A stretch of DNA of 64,000 bases. Source: the human T2T-CHM13v2.0 reference genome, Homo sapiens. The position numbers were made by a program, and so were the translations under genes. A model generated the notes under the pieces. It was given only the letters and a program-made list of their open reading frames with translations. It was not told the origin of the DNA and made no database searches. Below, in pieces: positions 1-11,600 of the stretch. The DNA lies in the NCBI RefSeq assembly GCF_009914755.1, contig NC_060925.1; one strand, 5' to 3'. Positions within the stretch are counted from its first letter, which is position 1; every line of letters begins with the position of its first letter.

Positions 1-1679
1 AATGGAATTGTCATCGAATGGAATCGAATGGTATCAACACCAAACGGAAAAAAACGGAATTATCGAATGGAATCGAAGAGAATCTTCGAACGGACCCGAA
101 TGGAATCATCTAATGGAATGGAATGGAATAATCCATGGTCTCGAATGCAATCATCATCGAATGGAATCGAATGGAATCATCGAATGGACTCGAATGCAAT
201 AATCATTGAACGGAATCGAATGGAATCATCATCGGATGGAAACGAATGGAATCATCATCGGATGGGAATGAAAGGAGTCATCATCTAATGGAATTGCATG
301 GAATCATCATCAAATGGAATCGAATGGAATCAACATCAAATGGAATCAAATGGAATCATTGAACGGAATTGAATGGAATCGTCATCGAATGAATTGAATG
401 CAATCATCGAATGGTCTCGAATGGAATCATCTTCAAATGGAATGGAATGGAATCATCGCATAGAATCGAATGGAATTCTCATCGAATGGAATCGAATGGA
501 ATCAACATCAAACGGAAAAAAACGGAATTATCGAATGGAATCGAAGAGAATCATCGAATGGGCCCGAATGGAATCATCTAATGGAATGGAATGGAATAAT
601 CCATGGACTCGAATGCAATCATCATCTAATGGAATCGAATGGAATCATCGAATGGACTCGAATGGAATAATCATTGAACGGAATCGAATGGAATCATCAT
701 CGGATGGAAATGAATGGAATCATTATCGAATGGAATCGAATAGAATTATGGAATGAAATCCAGTGTCATCATCATCGAATGGACCCGAATGGAATCATCA
801 TCCAACGGAAGCTAATGGAATCAACATCGAATGAATCGAATGGAAACACCATCGAATTGAAACGAGTGGAATTATCATGAAATTGAAATGGATGGACTCA
901 TCATCGAATGGATTCGAATGGAATCATCGAATAAAATTGATTGAAATCGTCATCAAATGGAATCGAATGGAAGCATTGAGTGGAATCGAATGGAATCATC
1001 ATCAGATGGAAATGAATGGAATCGTCATAGAATGGAATCGAATGGATTCATTGAATGGAATCAGATGGAATCTTCGAATGGACTGGAATGGAATCATTGA
1101 ATGGACTCGAAAGGGATCATTATTGAATGGAATTGAATGGAATCATCGAATGGTCTCGATTGGAATCATTATCAAATGGAATCGAATGGAATCACCGAAT
1201 AGAATCGAATGGAACAATCATCGAATGGACTCAAATGAAATTATCCTCAAGTGGAATCGAATGGAATTATCGAATGCAATCGAATGGAATTATCGAATGC
1301 AATCGAATAGAATCATCGAATGGACTCGAATGTAATCATCAAATGGAATGGAATGGAACAGTCAATGAACTCGAATGGAATCATCATTGAATGGAATCGA
1401 ATGGAATCATCGAGTGGAATCGAATGGAATTATGATCAAATGGAATCGAATGTAATCATCATCAAATGGAATCAAAAATAACCATCATCAATTGGTATTC
1501 AATGGAATTGTCATCAAATGGAATTCAAAGGTATCATCATCAAATGGAACCGAATGGAATCCTCATTGAATGGAAATGAAAGGGGTCATCATCTAATGGA
1601 ATCGCATGGAATCATCATCAAATGGAATCGAATGGAATCATCATCAAATGGAATCTAATGGAATCATTGAAAGAATTGA

Positions 1680-2147
1680 ATGGAATCGTCATCGAATGAA
1701 TTGAATGCAATCATCGAATGGTCTCGAATGGAATCATCTTCTAATGGAAAGGAATGGAATCATCGCATAGAATCGAATGGAATTATCATCGAATGGAATC
1801 GAATGGTATCAACACCAAAAGGAAAAAAACGGAATTATGGAATGGAATCGAAGAGAATCTTCGAACGGACCCGAATGGAATCATCTAATGGAATGGAATG
1901 GAATAATCCATGGACTCGAATGCAATCATCAACGAATGGAATCGAATGGAATCATCGAATGGACTCGAATGGAATAATCATTGAACGGAATCGAATGGAA
2001 TCATCATCGGATGGAAACGAATGGAATCATCATCGAATGGAAATGAAAGGAGTCATCATCTAATGGAATTGCATGGAATCATCATCAAATGGAATCGAAT
2101 GGAATCAACATCAAATGGAATCAAATGGAATCATTGAACGGAATTGA
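1680..2147 (+). repeat. Example short module S (468 bp)
   Basis: Runs from atggaatcgtcatcgaatgaattg through ggaaaaaaacgg, ggacccg and ccatggactc to gaaatgaaaggagtcatc...ttgcatgg. The next module starts 468 bp later. Confidence 0.9.
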
Positions 2148-2613
2148 ATGGAATCGTCATCGAATGAATTGAATGCAATCATCGAATGGTCTCGAATGGA
2201 AACATCTTCAAATGGAATGGAATGGAATCATCGCATACAATCGAATGGAATTATCATCGAATGGAATCGAATGGAATCAACATCAAACGGAAAAAAACGG
2301 AATTATCGAATGGAATCGAAGAGAATCATCGAATGGACCCGAATGGAATCATCTAATGGAATGGAATGGAATAATCCATGGACTCGAATGCAATCATCAT
2401 CGAATGGAATCGAATGGAATCATCGAATGGACTCGAATGGAATAATCATTGAACGGAATCGAATGGAATCATCATCGGATGGAAATGAATGGAATCATCA
2501 TCGAATGGAATCGAATAGAATTATGGAATGAAATCCAGTGTGATCATCATCGAATGGACCCGAATGGAATCATCATCCAACGGAAGCTAATGGAATCAAC
2601 ATCGAATGAATCA

Positions 2614-5600
2614 AATGGAAACACCATCGAATTGAAACGAATGGAATTACCATGAAATTGAAATGGATGGACTCATCCTCAAATGGATTCGAGTGGAATC
2701 ATCGAATAAAATCGATTGAAATCATCATCGAATGGAATAGAATGGTATCATTGAATGGAATCGAATGGAATCATCATCAGATGGAAATGAAAGGAATCGT
2801 CATAGAATGGAATCGAATGGATTCATTGAATGGAATCAGATGGAATCATTGAATGGACTGGAATGGAATCATTGAATGGACTCGAAAGGGATCATTATTG
2901 AATGGAATTGAATGGAATCATCGAATGGTCTCGATTGGAATCATTATCAAATGGAATCGAATGGAATCACCGAATAGAATCGAATGGAACAATCATCGAA
3001 TGGACTCAAATGGAATTATCCTCAAATGGAATCGAATGGAATTATCGAATGCAATCGAATGGAATTATCGAATGCAATCGAATAGAATCATCGAATGGAC
3101 TCGAATGGAATCATCGAATGGAATGGAATGGAACAGTCAATGAACTCGAATGGAATCATCATTGAATGGAATCGAATGGAATCATCGAGTGGAATCGAAT
3201 GTCATCATCATCAAATGGAATCAAAAATAACCATCATCAAATGGAATCAAAAGTAACCATCATCAATTGGTATTGAATGGAATTCTCATCAAATGGAATT
3301 CAAAGGAATCATCATCAAATGGAACCGAATGGAATCCTCATTGAATGGAAATGAAAGGGGTCATCATCTAATGGAATCGCATGGAATCATCATAAAATGG
3401 AATAGAATGGAATCAACATCAAATGGAATCAAATGGAATCATTGAACGGAATTGAATGGAATCGTCATCGAATGAATTGAATGCAATCATCGAATGGTCT
3501 CGAATGGAATCATCTTCAAATGGAATGGAATGGAATCATCGCATAGAATCGAATGGAATTATCATCGAATGGAATCGAATGGAATCAACATCAAACGGAA
3601 AAAAACGGAATTATCGAATGGAATCGAAGAGAATCATCGAATGGACCCGAATGGAATCATCTAATGGAATGGAATGGAATAATCCATGGACTCGAATGCA
3701 ATCATCATCGAATGGAATCGAATGGAATCATCGAATGGACTCGAATGGAATAATCATTGAACGGAATCGAATGGAATCATCATCGGATGGAAATGAATGG
3801 AATCATCATCGAATGGAATCGAATAGAATTATGGAATGAAATCCAGTGTGATCATCATCGAATGTACCCGAATGGAATCATCATCCATCGGAAGCAAATG
3901 GAATCAACATCGAATGAATCGAATGGAAACACCATCGAATTGAAACGAATGGAATTATCATGAAATTGAAATGGATGGACTCATCATCGAATGGATTCGA
4001 ATGGAATCATCGAATAAAATTGATTGAAATCATCATCAAATGGAATCGAATGGCATCATTGAATGGAATCGAATGGAATCATCATCAGATGGAAATGAAT
4101 GGAATCGTCATAGAATGGAATCGAATGGATTCATTGAATGGAATCAGATGGAATCATCGAATGGACTGGAATGGAATCATTGAATGGACTCGAAAGGGAT
4201 CATGATTGAATGGAATTGAATGGAATCATCGAATGGTCTCGATTGGAATCATTATCAAATGGAATCGAATGGAATCACCGAATAGAATCGAATGGAACAA
4301 TCATCGAATGGACTCAAATGGAATTATCCTCCAATGGAATCGAATGGAATTATCGAATGCAATCGAATGGAATTATCGAATGCAATCGAATAGAATCATC
4401 GAATGGACTCGAATGGAATCATCGAATGGAATGGAATGGAACAGTCAATGAACTCGAATGGAATCATCATTGAATGGAATCGAATGGAATCATCGAGTGG
4501 AATCGAATGGAATTATGATCAAATGGAATCGAATGTAATCATCATCAAATGGAATCAAAAATAACCATCATCAATTGGTATTGAATGGAATTGTCATCAA
4601 ATGGAATTCAAAGGAAACATCATCAAATGGAACCGAATGGAATCCTCATTGAATGGAAATGAAAGGGGTCATCATATAATGGAATCGCATGGAATCATCA
4701 TCAAATGGAATCGAATGGAATCATCATCAAATGGAATCTAATGGAATCATTCAACAGAATTGAATGGAATCGTCATCGAATGAATTGAATGCAATCATCG
4801 AATGGTCTCGAATGGAACCATCTTCTAATGGAAAGGAATGGAATCATCGCATAGAATCGAATGGAATTGTCATCGAATGGAATCGAATGGTATCAACATC
4901 AAACGGAAAAAAACGGAATTATCGAATGGAATCGAAGAGAATCTTCGAACGGACCCGAATGGAATCATCTAATGGAATGGAATGGAATAATCCATGGACT
5001 CGAATGCAATCATCATCGAATGGAATCGAATGGAATCATCGAATGGACTCGAATGCAATAATCATTGAACGGAATCGAATGGAATCATCATCGGATGGAA
5101 ACGAATGGAATCATCATCGGATGGGAATGAAAGGAGTCATCATCTAATGGAATTGCATGGAATCATCATAAAATGGAATCGAATGGAATCAACATCAAAT
5201 GGAATCAAATGGAATCATTGAACGGAATTGAATGGAATCGTCATCGAATGAATTGAATGCAATCATCGAATGGTATCGAATGGAATCATCTTCAAATGGA
5301 ATGGAATGGAATCATCGCATAGAATCGAATGGAATTCTCATCGAATGGAATCGAATGGAATCAACATCAAACGGAAAAAAACGGAATTATCGAATGGAAT
5401 CGAAGAGAATCATCGAATGGGCCCGAATGGAATCATCTAATGGAATGGAATGGAATAATCCATGGACTCGAATGCAATCATCATCGAATGGAATCGAATG
5501 GAATCATCGAATGGACTCGAATGGAATAATCATTGAACGGAATCGAATGGAATCATCATCGGATGGAAATGAATGGAATCATCATCGAATGGAATCGAAT

Positions 5601-8600
5601 AGAATTATGGAATGAAATCCAGTGTGATCATCATCGAATGGACCCGAATGGAATCATCATCCAACGGAAGCTAATGGAATCAACATCGAATGAATCCAAT
5701 GGAAACACCATCGAATTGAAACGAATGGAATTACCATGAAATTGAAATGGATGGACTCATCATCAAATGGATTCGAGTGGAATCATCGAATAAAATTGAT
5801 TGAAATCATCATCGAATGGAATCGAATGGTATCATTGAATGGAATCGAATGGAATCATCATTAGATGGAAATGAAAGGAATCGTCTTAGAATGGAATCGA
5901 ATGGATTCATTGAATGGAATCAGATGGAATCCTTGAATGGACTGGAATGGAATCATTGAATGGACTCGAAAGGGATCATTATTGAATGGAATGGAATGGA
6001 ATCATCGAATGGTCTCGATTGGAATCATTATCAAATGGAATCGAATGGAATCACCGAATAGAATCTAATGGAACAATCATCGAATGGACTCAAATGGAAT
6101 TATCCTCAAATGGAATTGAATGGAATTATCGAATGCAATCGAATGGAATTATCGAATGCAATCGAATAGAATCATCGAATGGACTCGAATGGAATCATCG
6201 AATGGAATGGAATGGAACAGTCAATGAACTCGAATGGAATCATCATTGAATGGAATCGAATGGAATCATCGAGTGGAATCGAATGTAATCATCATCAAAT
6301 GGAATCAAAAATAACCATCATCAAATGGAATCAAAAATAACCATCATCAATTGGTATTGAATGGAATTCTCATCAAATGGAATTCAAAGGAATCATCATC
6401 AAATGGAACCGAATGGAATCCTCATTGAATGGAAATGAAAGGGGTCATCATCTAATGGAATCGCATGGAATCATCATAAAATGGAATCGAATGGAATCAA
6501 CATCAAATAGAATCAAATGGAATCATTGAACGGAATTGAATGGAATGGTCATCGAAAGAATTGAATGCAATCATCGAATGGTCTCGAATGGAATCATCTT
6601 CAAATGGAATGGAATGGAATCATCGCATAGAATCGAATGGAATTATCATCGAATGGCATCGAATGGAATCAACACCAAACGGAAAAAAACGGAATTATCT
6701 AATGGAATCGAAGAGAATCATCGAATGGACCAGAATGGATCATCTAATGGAATGGAATGGAATAATCCATGGACTCGAATGCAATCATCATCGAATGGAA
6801 TCGAATGGAATCATCGAATGGACTCGAATGGAATAATCATTGAACGGAATCGAATGGAATCATCATCGGATGGAAACGAATGGAATCATCATCGAATGGA
6901 AATGAAAGGAGTCATCATCTAATGGAATTGCATGGAATCATCATCAAATGGAATCGAATGGAATCAACATCAAATGCAATCAAATGGAATCATTGAACGG
7001 AATTGAATGGAATCGTCATCGAATGAATTGAATGCAATCATCGAATGGTCTCGAATGGAATCATCTTCAAATGGAATGGAATGGAATCATCGCATAGAAT
7101 CGAATGGAATTATCATCGAATGGAATCGAATGGAATCAACATCAAATGGAAACAAAAGGAATTATTGAGCGGAATTAAATGGAATCGTCAACGAATGAAT
7201 TGAATGCAATCATCGAACGGTCTCGAATGGAATCATCTTCAAATGGAATGGAATGGAATCATCGCATAGAATCGAATGGAATTATCATCGAATGGAATCG
7301 AATGGAATCAACATCAAACGGAAAAAAACGGAATTATCGAATGGAATCGAAAAGAATCATCGAATGGTCCCGAATGGAATCATCTAATGGAATGGAATGG
7401 AATAATCCATGGACTCGAATGCAATCATCATCGAATGGAATCGAATGGAATCATCGAATGGACTCGAATGGAATAATCATTGAACGGAATCGAATGGAAT
7501 CATCATCGGATGGAAATGAATGGAATCATCATCGAATGGAATCGAATAGAATTATGGAATGAAATCCAGTGTGATCATCATCGAATGGACCCGAATGGAA
7601 TCATCATCCAACGGCAGCTAATGGAATCAACATCGAATGAATCGAATGGAAACACCATCGAATTGAAACGAATGGAATTATCATGAAATTGAAATGGATG
7701 GACTCATCATCGAATGGATTCGAATGGAATCATCGAATAAAATTGATTGAAATCATCATCAAATGGAATCGAATGGTATCATTGAATGGAATCGAATGGA
7801 ATCATCATCAGATGGAAATGAATGGAATCGTCATAGAATGGAATCGAATGGATTCATTGAATGGAATCAGATGGAATCATCGAATGGACTGGAATGGAAT
7901 CATTGAATGGACTCGAAAGGGATCATTATTGAATGGAATTGAATGGAATCATCGAATGGTCTCGATTGGAATCATTATCAAATGGAATCGAATGGAATCA
8001 CCGAATAGAATCGAATGGAACAATCATCGAATGGACTCAAATGGAATTATCCTCAAATGGAATGGAATGGAATTATCGACTGCAATCGAATGGAATTATC
8101 GAATGCAATCGAATAGAATCATCGAATGGACTCGAATGGAATCATCGAATGGAATGGAATGGAACAGTCAATGAACTCGAATGGAATCATCATTGAATGG
8201 AATCGAATGGAATCATCGAGTGGAATCGAATGGAATTATGATCAAATGGAATCGAATGTAATCATCATCAAATGGAATCAAAAATAACCATCATCAATTG
8301 GTATTGAATGGAATTGTCATCAAATGGAATTCAAAGGAATCATCATCAAATGGAACCGAATGGAATCCTCATTGAATGGAAATGAAAGGGGTCATCATCT
8401 AATGGAATCGCATGGAATCATCATCAAATGGAATCGAAAGGAATCATCATCAAATGGAATCTGATGGAATCATTGAACAGAATTGAATGGAATCGTCATC
8501 GAATGAATTGAATGCACTCATCGAATGGTCTCGAATGGAATCATCTTCTAATGGAAAGGAATGGAATCATCGCATAAAATCGAATGGAATTAACATTGAA

Positions 8601-11600
8601 TGGACTCGAATGGAATCAACATCAAACGGAATCAAGCCGAATTATCGAATGGAATCGAAGAGAATCATAGAATGGACTCGAATGGAATCATCTAATGGAA
8701 TGGAATGGAATAATCCACGGACCCGAATGCAATCATCATCGAATGGAATCGAATGGAATCATCGAATGGACTCGAATGGAATAAACATTGAACGGAATCG
8801 AATGGAATCATCATCGGATGGAAACGAATGGAATCATCATCGAATGGAAATGAAAGGAATCATCATCTAATGGAATTGCATGGAATCATCATCAAATGGA
8901 ATCGAATGGAATCAACATCAAATGGAATCAAATGGAATCATTGAACGGAATTGAATGGAATCGTCATCGAATGAATTGAATGCAATCATCGAATGGTCTC
9001 GAATGGAATCATCTTCAAATGGAATGGAAAGGAATCATCGCATAGAATCGAATGGAATTATCATCGAATGGAATCGAATCGTATCAACATCAAACGGAAA
9101 AAAACGGAATTATCGAATGGAATCGAAGAGAATCTTCGAACGGACCCGAATGGAATCATCTAATGGAATGGAATGGAACAATCCATGGACTGGAAGGCAA
9201 ATATCATTGAACGGAATCGAATGGAATCATCATCGGATGGACACGACTGGAATCATCATTGAATGGAAATGAAAGGGGTCATCATCTAATGGAATCGCAT
9301 GGAATCATCATCAAATGGAATCGAATGGAATCATCATCAAATGGAATCTAATGGAATCATTGAACAGAATTGAATGGAATCGTCATCGAATGAATTGAAT
9401 GCAATCATCGAATGGTCTCGAATGGAATCATCTTCTAATGGAAAGGAACGGAATCATCTCATAGAATCGAATGGAATTATCATCGAATGGAATCGAATGG
9501 TATCAACACCAAACGGAAAAAAACGGAATTATCGAATGGAATCGAAGAGAATCTTCGAACGGACCCGAATGGAATCATCTAATGGAATGGAATGGAATAA
9601 TCCATGGACTCGAATGCAATCATCATCGAATGGAATCGAATGGAATCATCGAATGGACTCGAATGGAATAATCATTGAACGGAATCGAATGGAATCATCA
9701 TCGGATGGAAACGAATGGAATCATCATCGAATGGAAATGAAAGCAGTCATCATCTAATGGAATTGCATGGAATCATCATAAAATGGAATCGAATGGAATC
9801 AACATCAAATGGAATCAAATGGAATCATTGAACGGAATTGAATGGAATCGTCATCGAATGAATTGAATGCAATCATCGAATGGTCTCGAATGGAATCATC
9901 TTCAAATGGAAGGGAATGGAATCATCGCATAGAATCGAATGGAATTATCATCGAATGGAATCGAATGGAATCAACATCAAACGGAAAAAAACGGAATTAT
10001 CGAATGGAATCGAAGAGAATCATCGAATGGACCCGAATGGAATCATCTAATGGAATGGAATGGAATAATCCATGGACTCGAATGCAATCATCATCGAATG
10101 GAATCGAATGGAATCATCGAATGGACTCGAATGGAATAATCATTGAACGGAATCGAATGGAATCATCATCGGATGGAAATGAAAGGAGTCATCATCTAAT
10201 GGAATTGCATGGAATCATCATCAAATGGAATCGAATGGAATCAACATCAAATGGAATCAAATGGAATCATTGAACGGAATTGAATGGAATCGTCATCGAA
10301 TGAATTGAATGCAATCATCGAATGGTCTCGAATGGAATCTTCTTCAAATGGAATGGAATGGAATCATCGCATAGAATCGAATGGAATTATCATCGAATGG
10401 AATCGAATGGTATCAACATCAAACGGAAAAAAACGGAATTATCGAATGGAATCGAAGAGAATCTTCGAACGGACCCGAATGGAATCATCTAATGGAATGG
10501 AATGGAATAATCCATGGACTCGAATGCAATCATCATCGAATGGAATCGAATGGAATCATTGAAAGGACTCGAATGGAATAATCATTGAACGGAATCGAAT
10601 GGAATCATCATGGGATGGAAATGAATGGAATCATCATCGAATGGAATCGAATAGAATTATGGAATGAAATCCAGTGTGATCATCATCGAATGGACCCGAA
10701 TGGAATCATCATCCAACGGAAGCTAATGGAATCAACATCGAATGAATCGAATGGAAACACCATCGAATTGAAACGAATGGAATTACCATGAAATTGAAAT
10801 GGATGGACTCATCATCGAATGGATTCGAATGGAATCATCGAATAAAATTGATTGAAATCATCATCGAATGGAATCGAATGGTATCATTGAATGGAATCGA
10901 ATGGAATCATCATCAGATGGAAATGAATGGAATCGTCATAGAATGGGATCGAATGGATTCATTGAATGGAATCAGATGGAATCATCGAATGGACTGGAAT
11001 GGAATCATTGAATGGACTCGAAAGGGATCATTATTGAATGGAATTGAATGGAATCATCGAATGGTCTCGATTGGAATCATTATCAAATGGAATCGAATGG
11101 AATCACCGAATAGAATCGAATGGAACAATCATCGAATGGACTCAAATGGAATTATCCTCAAATGGAATCGAATGGAATTATCGAATGCAATCGAATGGAA
11201 TTATCGAATGCAATCCAATAGAATCATCGAATGGACTCGAATGGAATCATCGAATGGAATGGAATGGAACAGTCAATGAACTCGAATGGAATCATCATTG
11301 AATGGAATCGAATGGAATCATCGAGTGGAATCGAATGGAATTATGATCAAATGGAATCGAATGTAATCATCATCAAATGGAATCAAAAATAACCATCATC
11401 AATTGGTATTGAATGGAATTGTCATCAAATGGAATTCAAAGGAATCATCATCAAATGGAACCGAATGGAATCCTCATTGAATGGAAATGAAAGGGGTCAT
11501 CATGTAATGGAATCGCATGGAATCATCATCAAATGGAATCGAATGGAATCATCATCAAATGGAATCTAATGGAATCATTGAAAGAATTGAATGGAATCAT

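Noticed and set aside
46-57. ggaaaaaaacgg A7 tract as a retrotransposon tail or terminator
   Set aside because: It is an in-phase substitution variant of ggaatcgaatgg and is present in most module heads.
79-92. Heat-shock element-like aGAAtcTTCg in S heads
   Set aside because: Only two inverted nGAAn units are present; the correctly spaced third unit is absent.
930-936. AATAAA polyadenylation-like hexamer in each L
   Set aside because: It is a simple derivative of gaatggaa in A-rich sequence, with no downstream GU-rich element or gene context.
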